A stretch of 59,305 nucleotides of DNA, filler included, from Sphacelaria rigidula (lineage: Eukaryota), in assembly GCA_964200075.2 (NCBI GenBank). It is 5 parts of 5 records of this genome, joined end to end, with 100 filler letters (N's around TTAATTAATTAA, not from the genome) between each part and the next. Parts side by side here need not be neighbours in the genome. Positions count along the whole stretch, not along the records: positions 11,884 to 23,665 come from CAXNAA020004511.1; positions 23,766 to 35,546 come from CAXNAA020004512.1; 3 more parts are not named here. The stretch is one strand, 5' to 3'. The notes under the pieces were generated by a model. That model was not told the DNA's origin. It made no database searches and worked only from the letters and a program-made list of their open reading frames with translations. Position numbers and translations under genes: made by a program. This document shows positions 12,458 to 24,763 of the stretch, piece by piece. Position 1 is the stretch's first letter; each line of letters starts with the position of its first letter.

Positions 12458-15400
12458 GCAACAGGCACAGCCACCGCCGTGTCCCCGGATCACTCTCTCG
12501 TCGAACGACTGTACGCCGGCCGCGGTCTCAAAGACCGCCTCACGCACACCTCTCCTCCGCGAAATACAACATTCGGAACGACGTCCCCGCATCGCCAACG
12601 CAGTAGCGAAGACAATATCAACAGCAACGACAGTTTTCCTGGTGGCCGTGGAAATGACGATACGACTTCATCTCCAGCGGTGGGAGTATCGGGTATCCTC
12701 AATCGCGCTCGTGCGATTGCAACAATAAACCCTTCTAGAGATTCCTTCGGCACCTTGGCATCGTCTTCATGGGCAGGAGGAGATGCAACGGCACCAGGGC
12801 TTGCTCCTCCCGGTCAGCAGGTAGAGATCTTCGTAAGCATGAAAAAGTCCTATTGGATACGGCATACATATACAACATATATGCTTTAAGACATTGACAT
12901 GCCTTCTCCCACACATTTCCGGGTACTTTTTTACTTCTTTTTTTACGTCAAATTCTTGACCCCTCCCCTTCCTCGGGACGTGTCCGTGGCCTCAACGGAC
13001 CAGCCCATCTCTATTCCGGTACATGGTCAATATCTTGATATCGTGAATTCGATCGGCACTCCCGCATCGTGTCGGCTCTCGTCTACCTTCGTTTTCTACT
13101 CACGTCGTCGTGGTTTCACCCACGGAAATAGAATATTCCTCAGGGTTCGAACACTCAATCTGCAGGCGGAAATAGTGAATTCTGTATCCTTTTCAATCTA
13201 CTGCAGTCTTCGTGGATAGGTGGATTTTGCAACATTCTTCAACGCACCCAATTCCGTACACGGATAGAGAAACAGGAAGGACGAGGGCAAGCTGAATGTT
13301 TAGTGCGTTGATGTCAACGGGTACAAGTTCGGAACACCGACAGATTTCGTGACGTCTGCTAGACATATGGCGGTGACGATCGACTGTAGAATAAATTGCC
13401 GTTTTGCTTAACAAAAGCCCTGTCATCCAGTAAACATGAAATTGAACAGATGCTTGGAGTTTGGCAGTCGACGCTTTGATGTATCGTGATATCAGCTGAT
13501 ACGGATAAACTAATACGCATCCCAACCGGCAGGGCGCCATGATACCGAGGATAGGACAACAAGGACAAGGACAGCTGGCGGGTAGTTCCTCTTCCAGCGG
13601 CCTTTCCCCCCCTCGGTCTCAGTCCCAGCGAATTGTAATGCCCAACAGTCCACCGCGTATTGGTGTGCGGCGGCTATCGTCGGAGGGGACTCGATCAAGG
13701 GCTTCGACAAACTCAGCAGTGGGGGAGAAGTGAGACTTTTAACAATTATGAAGAGCGTCTTTTCTGTGACCTGCCGAATCATTACACAACGTTTTTCTGT
13801 TTGTATCCCCAGGAACATTCCAGTATCGCTATTATATCCTGCTCGAGTTTGTTGTACCGCCTAGTACAGTAGTACTACCCACGCTACCAGGAAGTCCCCA
13901 CTACCCACGCTCACCCGTGCTGGGATCGAAGAGCATCATCCAAGCGTGAGCGGTTCATAGGATATTCGTCTTTTGATACCGCCCGATGACGTTCAACCGT
14001 CGGACAAGAAAATAATCCACGCTTGGGCACTAGATCTGAGACATAGTCGAAAACATGTTTTATTTCGCAGGCATACATCCTATCTTACGTATGCATACTT
14101 TTGTCAGCATAACAGCCCTAAAAGCGAAATTATCATGTATACTTTTGTGCATATTTCAGAAACAGAATACACATAGCTACCGTCTGAAAGTACAGTAGAC
14201 AATGTGTTGGCCAGGGTCAGATTTATTGACCCTTCTCCAAATCGGACCCTTTCTGCTCTTCTGCAGTTTGAATCTGAATGATGATTACTTAGTCAATGCA
14301 CTTGGAACAAACATGTACTCCCTTAGTCGTGAGCATTATGTGCCGTGTCTACTACCTCATTTCAATTACAAGAATGTCCAGCGATTTTACGAAACATGGC
14401 CGTTTACATAAGCGGTCTCCTACTTTTAATTATCCATCATTAAGGAACTCATTGATTCCTGTAACTTCTCCCAGTATTCTCGGATTTGGAAGGTAGAGGC
14501 GAGATGTTGCCCGCACCAAAAGGACCTGGATGTTTGTTCGGGGTCTATCGGCTGATGTAGCCCCTATGTGCAGGTTTCATCCGGCAGAAAACTAGCATAT
14601 AGTTCAAGACCTGGAAAGCGCAAGGCGAATTGGCCTCGATCGTCTAGAACCACTCCTTACTTCAGTCTACCCATGTTTACAGCACATATATCTTATTCCA
14701 TTATTCGAAAAATATGGGTAAAGAAGCACGGTGACGGGCGGAGCTACGGCGGCGGGGGTAGCTGGTGCTCGACGGGCACCGCCCGTGAATGCTCACGCGA
14801 GTGACGGTGCAGGGGTAATCGGAGGAGGGATGTCGTTGAGTCGTAGCCTGGGAGCTTTGGGGCAGCACCAGCAGCAAGGTGGTGGGATGACAGCGGTGAC
14901 GAAACCGGGTGTGTGTGCAATCGTGAATACGATGGACGATGGCGCCCCGTACCTTCGTAGTGAGAAGATGTCGCCCAAGTCGACCGTTCGGGGGGAGTCT
15001 ACTGGTGTGCGTCCGTCGCCAGGAGGGGGATACTCCCCGAGGTGAGGGAGGAGCCTCATCGTCAATGTTAGCTACCAACAACTCACATGCCTCCTCTAAG
15101 TTGGCGCTAGCTGCTAATCACTCGCATGTGCACAGTAAGTGAGGCCAACGAACTAGACGTGGGTGTAATTGCTTCGGCGCCGAGCCCAACCAAAACCCGC
15201 ATGTGCGTATAGAGCTGCGTACGCATGTAAAGGTACATGGCAGTGGGGCTTGGTAAGTCGATTCACTTCGATATCATGGGGCCGGTGCATCGGTAGAGGG
15301 CGGGCTGAAATTCAGAACGCACAAGTTTTACTATTTTCTACGCCGGACTGAAGCGCCCGCGGTCGCTGTTTCAAACACACACACAAGAAAAAAACGTTCA

Positions 15401-18400
15401 TTTTCAAAGGAGCGACAGTACGATTACTTACATGTGCGCGCGCGTTGATCTACGACATCTTTACCGCTACAGCCCTACGATTACCTTACCCCTCCTGTCG
15501 CGCCCATTCCATGATCAACACTAACCTGTTACCGACGCACCGGCGAACGGAAACCGTGGGAGCAATAGCCCGGAGAGACATCGGCAAGGAGGAGGACCGG
15601 GCTTGTGCCACTCCGTCTCTGCCGACGAAATCCGATCTCCTCCCGTCGCCAGTGCAGTCGCAACGCGTAGCTTGCGGGGAGGCGGGGGCGCTTCGATCAC
15701 TACCCTGAGCGCGAATGCAAGACCGGGCGGTGAAAAGGACTCCACACGTAGCCCGCACTTATCTCCCGATCGAGCCAGGTCCAGGGCGGTGGCTGTAGTG
15801 CCGCCGGCGGCAGGGGTTCGAGGGCGACGGGAGAAAAGTGTCCCCGGTCTCGTGGTGGAGGAGACGTTTCTTGATTCGTTGAAGTTGAGCCCAGACCAGC
15901 TGTCGGACTTTTCGAATAGTGAGGGGCACTTCTTGTATTTACGGCAAAAGCCCGGGACGGATGCTACGGCGTACAATTTGGAGGTTAGTTCGCACATGGC
16001 TCAGGGGCGACGTGTTTTCCGGGAGTTGCCAAGGTGATCGCCCATATATGAAGTTAGTACTAAAATACACGGCTTGTGCGGTCGTGAGAGTATATATGTC
16101 TGACCCCAGAATTCGAGGTTTACGAAAGTTTCGAAGGGGAGGTTCCACCTAACATCAGGCTTCATGGGGTACGGAGCTGGGTGCACCTCGACAAAGTGAG
16201 CCTTGCGCTACCTTAGACAAAGCACGGGCATCGCGTATGTCCGATTTGGGGTGCTGATCACGCGAGTTGTTCGGGCTATCCCGGCGAACCCCAGCACCTA
16301 CCTCCCCGCCCCTCACTAGTGCGTTTTTCTTGTTACTAATTTCGCTCATGGAGGGCAAATTCTGTGGTGGAAGGCTTTTATCGTGCTCGAGGAAAGCACA
16401 CTTCGTGTTTTAGTGCGGTATAATCGGAAAGAATGACGTGGCCTCCTCACACACCCAGTGCGTATAATTGAACATCGTGGTGACTGCTGCCGTATTCTCG
16501 GCGACACATGAATATGGGTACTTGGCATACCTCCCAGTGGCAAAAAACAAATCACAGACGGGGCATACATTATTGCTATTTAGCTCCTAGACCCTACAAC
16601 ATTCCCGGCAACACATTACTTGACATACCTCCTCGTGGCAAAAAAGATGTCACAGACGGGGCATACATTATTACTGTTTAGCTCCAAGACCGTACAACAC
16701 GGCGTGGAGAGAAAATACAGAACTCTGAAAAAAGGTTGTTGGCGTATATGCGTTGCAGATTTCCAGCGTTGGACGATTTTGCGGCATGGACCTGTAATCG
16801 TTCTTGTGCGTGCAGGTTCCCTATTGCATGTCCCCTCTGATGTACACCATGAGCATTTCCCCTCACGTAGATCGGCCTGGTCCCCAACCGCATTTAGCAT
16901 ATCCGGGCCGTCGACAGGAGAGCGTGGTAGGCATCCTTCGCTTTGCCTCCCTGTCGCGTTGGTGTCCCTGTATATGCTGTCTACAACATTTCACCACCGC
17001 CTACGCATATTCGGCAGAGTGAGTTGTTTCCGACCGCACCTGAATTTTCGTCTAGCCTCCCCTCCCCCCCTCGCTCCGAAACTGCATATCCTGTGTACAC
17101 CCCCGTCGCCGGACTCACCCTAACGAAGGTGACTAGCAGCTTCGACAGGCAGGGACCGCCACCAGGGGCTCAAGTCCAGACAGAGAGTAAGGGACAGTCG
17201 CCACGGAGAGGAGGGGCCGCGGCCGGCGGCGGCGGGGGCGGGGGTAAAGGTCGCCCTCCGGCGCAGGATTACTACACCCTCAGTCGCGCTGGGATTACGC
17301 ACTTGAAGGACTCGTCTAGCGACTTCACCGCTTTGGATCGATGGGAGCGAGAGTACGCATCATTCCATCACATTAGAAGGTGGATGGATTCTGCTGGTTG
17401 ACATGGTTGGCATGAAGGTGTTGTCGCGGGCATGGGTGCGGCGTTACCGTTCGGGCCGGAAAAGCCATGAAAGGGCGTGTTGGGTCACCGCAACTGTTGA
17501 TGAAGCGAAACACAGGATACCGGAACAGGGTTTTGCGGGCGATCCTTTGCTGCAATCCGCACGAGAGCTTGAGCTTCCGTACAAATCCTGTAACCGCCTC
17601 TTACCCGGAGCTTTTTGCGAAGACATCCATCGAGCCTGCCACCCCGGAACCACTTCACAAGTCTGGTTATGCAGTTTGGTTCTCCCCGAAGGAGCTACAT
17701 TGAAAATGTCTACTGTACAGCTGAATTAAAATTCCCAAAATGCTATCGGAAATGTGTCTCACCGGTCATGGTGCCCCACTTCAGTCAACCAGCGTGATGA
17801 AAAATGCAGAGAGCAAAAGTGGACGCAATGTTTCCCCCCCCCATCAAGCAGCTCCAGTGAGTTTTTTCCCACACACAACACGATGGCCTTTTTCACGTGC
17901 GCAAAACACGCAGAATCCCATTCTTCGAGCAATATCGGCGTTGGAAGAGCTTCACTGTCTGGAAGAGAGCAGTCAAGGCGTTCAAGTTTACGGAAGCATC
18001 GGCAGCTCTCAGGACGGGACTATTCTCGTTTGTCACCCCGCTCCGCCTAGCGATCGCGGAGATTCGCAGACAGTGCGTCGAGGTCGAAACGCGTCGATTA
18101 TTTGCTGTCGGACGCGGGGAGACCATCACTCTCCAAGCTTTCCTTGAGCGACAACGCACGACCCAACAGGATGTAGCTCAGGTATGCGGAAGTCCTGTGG
18201 ACAAATAGCCGTACAGGGGGGAAACGGGGTGGACGATGTGTCTAGAGCGATCGATACCCCCCCCCCTCCCCCCCCCCTCCGAAAAAAAGAAGAGATTGGA
18301 GGATCATCGGACATTTTTTACTTGCTGTAGATAATCCGAAAATATCATCAAAATGGTGAAAGCTCCGACACCTGCATCTTGACCCACATTGCGCAACAAA

Positions 18401-21400
18401 CGGACACGGTAAGAGCCTCACTTTGAGGGGTTGCTGAGGCGTGTTTGTGCTGGTCGTTTTGGTAACCTCCTGGAAAGTCATCATCCAACACTTGCGATGG
18501 TGCGAGATACAATTCCCGTTGCCACGGTTTTGAAGACGGAAAGATCGAAATAGCCATTCTTCGAGATTGGTTTGAAGACAAGCATCCTCTATCGCCCGCG
18601 CTGTACTACCGCAGCTCGATCGAAAAACGCGATTGGCAAAAGCACCTCAGACGACGATCACCTCGCATGGCGACAACAACGCAATTTAAAATACATATCG
18701 TAATCTCTCTTACGTCGGCGCTGTCGTATTGCAGTGGTTGTGGGCGTCTGCCCTAGCAATGAAATACCGTTTGTAACACCAATTTCATGAGGACAACCTG
18801 CCAACCCCGTATGCCTCCTGCCCGTGCACAATGAACGACCAACCACGCTTCCTCAGCTCCTACAAGAATTTTCCGAGAAAATTCACGAGGTGGCCCGGTC
18901 TTCGCTCGACGAGGTAGTGGACGCCTTCTTGCGTAACAACGGTATCGTGGCGGACCATCGAATGACTTTCATGGAGCGCACAAGCCTCCGATCTGAGTGC
19001 CGGCGACTCACACGCTTCTTGCGGCTTGTGGACTTCGTCGTTGTGGACACACTGAGGGATCTGGTGAACATAAGTAACGGCGCTCCCCAAGAAGCGACGT
19101 GTGCCTCAATTTGTTGGAATGTTCATGTTGTCGCCGTCGTTGTCGTCGCCATGCTTCTACGCTAAAACCAATGAGCTACATACAGTGGAGTAAAGTTCGT
19201 TGACGGTGCTGAGTATGACGAGTGATCGTGCACACTCATTCATCTCATGACGCGTACGTTTGTTAGGAAAGTGAAACATCATAAGTATCGACCCGTGAAC
19301 GTGTGAGGTAAGTGTAGCTGTCTGTTCCCCCTGAGTACCACTAGAAATTACGGTGGCCACCACCCCTTGGACGAATACGACAACCGCGATCATCATCACT
19401 ACTATTGTTAACCCCTCACCCATTTTTCCTGCGTAGATCCATCCCTTTGCAATGAAATTCTCTGCTGTTAAATCGTATAGAATTGGAGATGTGAATTTGT
19501 CAGTTGGCTGTGGTCACTATCGCCACTTGAGAGGATCGAAAATAAGTACTCGCAGCGTGTGTGTACTTCCACTATGGCACAAATAAACTAGGTTACGTGG
19601 GGCAGATCGTATCACCCCCATCACGGGGTTAGAGATGTTGAAGTTAGGCTACGCAGGAAGATATAGTACAGGGGATGCTGATGAGAGGGGAAAAAAAAAA
19701 GGAAAGACGAAATGTATTTTGTGTAGATGTTTGGGTCAAACTATTCCTAATTTTGCGCTGCTTTTGGGATGGTTTCGATATTTTTGTTTGAGGTTTGTTG
19801 GGAGGAGTTTGGAAAAAATGGAATCTTGATACCTCTGCGCAGCAAGCACCCTGTGTGCTATTTTTATTTCACCCATATTTCATTTTTTTCCCTTTTTTGC
19901 ACCTGGGATAGGGGCGAAATACGGCCATTAGGTCGACTGTTTTTTTCAGGTCGTTCGGCCACCTGGTGGGGTGCGCACACGAAAACAAAAATGAAATCGA
20001 CCCAAAAAAGTCCGAACCTTTGAAAATACTGAACAAGTAAGGCGTCCATCACATTTAAGGGTCAAACGTAATCTACTTTACTTTTGTGATGGAGGAAGTT
20101 TGCATGTACTTGCTGTGAAGACAATTTTCCTCCACACAGACCACGGCCACGGCGACTACAGACGAAAATGAATCTTGCAGAAAGATAAACGATGACTTGC
20201 TACATAGACGGCAGATAAGAAGTTTACAACGATGCACAAGCTGGATGTGGTCGTTTTGTGGAATTTCCTTTTCTCATATATATATATATATATTCAATGA
20301 ATACGTCTTCCGGATTTCAAAACCAGACGTCAATGTTCTGTGCTATTTTCTCTTCTTCCCTAAAATATTTCAGCATGTCTGCCCTCTAACGTCTAACCAA
20401 GGTTTTGGGATCAGTAGCCAAGGCAGCTAGCCTCGTGGCCCCACGCGACATTAGGGTCGTCCATGCCCTTGGGACAGAAACAACGTCACCCTCGACAGCG
20501 GGAGGTGCTGCAGCCGTGGCCAGTGCTGCTGCCGCTGCTGCTGCCGCAGTCGTTGATGGTACAGCTACGGGGGGGGGCGGTGGCGGGGTTGGTGGAATGG
20601 GAGGTACGGGTGGAGGTGTCGCAGCTGGGCGAGGAGGACGACGTAGCATGGGTGCAACTTTACCTCAGGATGAAGTGCCACTTTTCCGGTGCGTCGCATG
20701 GACTTGAAAATGGGTGATGTGAGTGTTGTCTTGCCTCACGGCGAAAATTTCCATCCAGCTATGCCTGCGTCGGGATAGAGTAAATGTTTAACGTAGGTTG
20801 GGTGCGTAGTTGATAATGCTTCACCGCGAACTTTCTCCTTTTCCAGATACGTCGTCGCATAGACTAAGGGAATACATTTTTGGGGGAGTGTCTTTTCGTT
20901 AATTCACGCTCGACGCGCCCCTCTCGGCGAGGTCCTGATCGCTGTGGTTAATACATTGCGTCCTTTGCAAAATTGTGTGGGACGGTACGTTCGAATTATG
21001 GACATCCGGGTGGCAAGAACGTTGAAGAGGATCAAAAGGTACGTTACGGGCTTACCATATGCCTGAGTGAATTTTTTTCTGGTCGCAGGTGAGTAGGAAC
21101 TTTGTCTGAATGGAAAACGTGAAATGCATTGGGTGGTGGAGTGTTGTGGGGAGTTAGTTCCCTTTGCATACTGCGGACTGACTTGTGAACAGACAGCGTG
21201 ATGACGGTCAAACCATAGGTACCCCAGAGCGACATAAACATCGTCTTTGAAGGAAAGTCAACCCCCAGAGAGAGAAAAAAATGGATACATACAAAGGGGG
21301 GCAGAGAGTCGGGCAGACCTGTACTCACTCCATCATTTCACCGTATTTTTCAAGAACAATGTATTATTGCTGGGGCGTTAAATACTGCTCAGGTTCCATA

Positions 21401-22029
21401 TGGTGTACATTCTACGTGATTGGCACCGTAATGGAGGTTCAGTAGGGAGCCACCGCGGGTACGAGAAACCATATTTTGTAAGGACTGCTCTTGGGTCACA
21501 AATTTGTTGCCATTCGCGGTGCCAGCTCCCCCACATCAGGCCTTCCGCTTGTGGGATCTTGAAAAGGTATGGACTCATTCGACAACCTTTAGAGCGCGTC
21601 CCGCTGCCGACACGGCGCTCAATGATCGCACATGGATAAGCCAAGACCCTCGACTATTTTTCGAATTTCGCAGGAAACAAAAATAGCTTGGGAATGGGCT
21701 CTGTCAAAACGAACACTGGAACCCCCGTCGTACGTAATCACCCTGCGAGCAACTAATGATGGATGGTGGGCCGTTGTTTTGTTGCACACTATTTTTCACA
21801 GCTTAACGCTCTCCTCGATTTGACTACAATGCCAAACCGCATATAGCCTTTTTCACAGAAGTTTGAAAGTGATGCACGCTTGCTTCCCCTGTGAAGGAAA
21901 TTTATAATTATTTCTTTGCTGCCGTCAAACCAAATCGCCTATTTTTGCACAGAATTTCAGCGAACTTCACCGAGGAAGGAGAACTAGCGGTGTCTCCAAC
22001 ATCTGAGGACATCACGGAATGCTTCAGAG
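12458..22029 (+). CDS. Axonemal dynein heavy chain, DNAH6-like, partial (N-terminal exons only)
   Basis: Predicted exons 12458-12820, 13533-13729, 14727-15041, 15569-15983, 17129-17379, 17914-18181, 18857-19063, 20402-20688 and 21953-22029; all GT-AG with matching phases. Recognisable motifs: FLYL..AYNLEV, DYYTLSRAGITH, LDRWEREY..F..IRRIPFFEQYRRWKSFTVWKR, MTFMERTSLRSECRRLTRFLRLVDF. The first three exons are supported by splice phase only. Confidence 0.8.
16521..16700. repeat. Direct duplication with ~100-bp period in a dynein intron
   Basis: GTGGCAAAAAA....TCACAGACGGGGCATACATTATT.CT.TTTAGCTCC occurs at ~16537 and ~16636. Confidence 0.8.
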
Positions 22030-23665
22030 GTGACTTTCACTCAGAAGCGCTTTCGTTTGTCGACGGCTATTCCATCGAGATTCAGGATTTGTCATAAAAC
22101 TATGCTGCCACGGGAGACTGACCCCCGAAAGGGCTGTATCCGTGCCTGGTTGTCGAGCCTGCCTTCGTCAGCATAGTTTTAAGTCCACTCACGCCGCTTG
22201 CTACAGGGAGTGGACCTCTCTCGAGAATTAAATCATCAAGCACGATGGAAACAGGCGTGCGAGACATGGTGTGTGAGATCCGAACCTAAAACATGAAACT
22301 TGTCCAAGCGTTCATGTGTGAGCAGCTTGTACCTTACAATGCGGACCACACCAGGCGTGTCAAATCGTCCACTCACTCCCTGTGCCACGATATTTTGGTC
22401 CTCGGAGGATGACTCGTCAGGGTAGGCAAAGTCTTGGCACCCTGTCTCCCACCCACCCCCATCTAAATCCACATCCATGCCCACAAACACAGGTCCATGC
22501 TACATGTTTCTTCCGTAGTGCGTCAAGAACGGAAAATGGACAGAATCAACATTTATTTTCTTGTTCATTTATTTTTTATTCATCACGATCAACATTATTT
22601 TCGCTGCTTGATTCCACCGCCTCGTGCTAAAGCGGCACAATATTTTGAGAGGGCCCCGTGCACGCACCAAGTCGCTAGAATGTTGCCTGATAGTCCCACA
22701 GAGTTTGGAGGATGGCCCTTATAGGGGTAGATGACCCGTTCGTACCATCGAGTTTCTCGCGAGTCTTACTTTTTCGTCCGTGAGGATTTGTCTCAGGTCG
22801 TGTCTTCGCACATTAGGTTTCGATCGAAAATGTGCGGTGGAGACAAAAAAAATCCCGATCTGATACGTCGTAAATTCAACCATCGCCGAAAATTGTGAAG
22901 ATGGTTAAAATCACGGTCTATCAGATCGGGATTTATGTCTTCCACCGCACAGTTTCGATCGAAACCTACTGTGCTGAGACACGGCCTCATCTGTATTTTT
23001 GGGCAGCAAGCAAGTGCGGCGGAAACTCCCAATTTCGACAGGTCCGCATCATTTGTGGTCCTCGTTTTTTCACTATGCTCTCCGAGATCCTTCACTTGCT
23101 ACCGATAGGGGCAAAATCGAAAAGTTAACTTTTTTTGCAGCGAAAATACAGCGCGAAACATTTGTATACCGATCAGGAAATAGGGTGAACGTTTGTGATG
23201 TGCCGCGGTTGGTAACGCGTGCTTCACCTCTCTGCGCGCATGCCTCGACACCAACAGGTACCCACGTTCGGTGCTTGACACCTTCAGACGTAACCAGAGT
23301 CCACAGCAGTACGATATTGGGGGAGTAGCGGCCATGTGCACCGATGCTTACTACAGCTGTTGAGAAAACGTAGCATTGTTGGAGTAGCGTCTTGGTCCGA
23401 AAACCGACAACGCTTCTTCAGTTTGTAGGCAATTGACACAGGGCGAACCGCATGGTCCATGAGTTGATTGAAAACTCTGGCTCGGGTTATGGGGCGCCAT
23501 ATTGGGCGCAGAATATTTCGTGCTGGCGTGTGAACAGTTGTGAGGCGGGGGATGCCATATACCGTTGATTAATAACGCCCCCTCCCCCCCCCCCCCCCCC
23601 CCCCCCCACCCCCCCCAACCCCTCTCTCCCCCACCGCATGCGGAGCGCACGTGGAAAAAACAAGG

Positions 23666-23765
23666 NNNNNNNNNNNNNNNNNNNNNNNNNNNNNNNNNNN
23701 NNNNNNNNNTTAATTAATTAANNNNNNNNNNNNNNNNNNNNNNNNNNNNNNNNNNNNNNNNNNNN
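23666..23765. other. Artificial contig-joining spacer
   Basis: Same 100-bp N/TTAATTAATTAA/N linker. Confidence 0.98.
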
Positions 23766-23787
23766 GGTGATGACGATGATAATGATA

Positions 23788-23852
<65 letters not shown>

Positions 23853-23975
23853 GAAGATGATGGTGATGATGATAATGATGATGAAGAAGATGATGATGAT
23901 GATGATGGTGGTAATGATGAAAACAAGAACGAGAACGAGGACGAGAACGAGAACAGCATGGTACTTCTACCACTA

Positions 23976-24007
<32 letters not shown>

Positions 24008-24040
24008 GCTACTACTACTACTACTGCTACTACTACTATA
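23766..24040. repeat. Compound microsatellite (GAT)n-(GAGAAC)n-(TAC)n
   Basis: Directly visible at the start of contig 3. Confidence 0.95.
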
Positions 24041-24763
24041 CATGAAAACCAGAACAAAAAACAAATCGACAACAGAAGAAGCACACAAGAACTCTTGATA
24101 GTGGAACCAGAGCACCTGTTTTTCTCTTCGCGACTGATGGGTGGAAACAGAATTCCCACTTGATCTTCGTGTGCGCTTCGCACATTGGCGTCGATTGTAC
24201 CAGGTTTGATCTCTTTATGCGCAGTGACAACATCTTTAGAGTAGACGCGCGGAGTAGACTAATGATCAGGTCAGCATCAATGCTTATTTGAGCCTAGAGC
24301 CCCGAAATGCACCAAAGCGACGAAAACGCGCGCGTTTGAAAAATAAATGACAACACTAGTATCATACCTACACCGTTGAGCTATGTCTGACGAGGTATAT
24401 GCGAACTATAGTCATGATTGATAATTTCCAGCATATTGAAACGTTGACCCGGACCAAAAGCACGACACAAACGTATTGCCATAGATTTTGAGCTTGTTGT
24501 TGTTGGAAAGTGCTTTCGAATCTCAGACGCGGCCCCCTTTGGGTTTGGAATGAAATGTACTATAGTGTTTCGAGTGTCTATGGAATATTTCATACCTCCA
24601 TTACGAACAGCATTCAATGTTTACACCTTATATACGCATTGGACAACAACCGCAAAATCATACTCCGCGCGAGTGTTTGTCTTAACCTGTCGGTGCCGTC
24701 ACGAACGTACAGCAACAATCCATCTGTTGAGCTGCATGCTTTGAGGTCGTCCCCGAATCGTAC

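Noticed and set aside
23710-24183. Poly-His, poly-Ser and poly-Met ORFs
   Set aside because: These are translations of microsatellites running into the gap.
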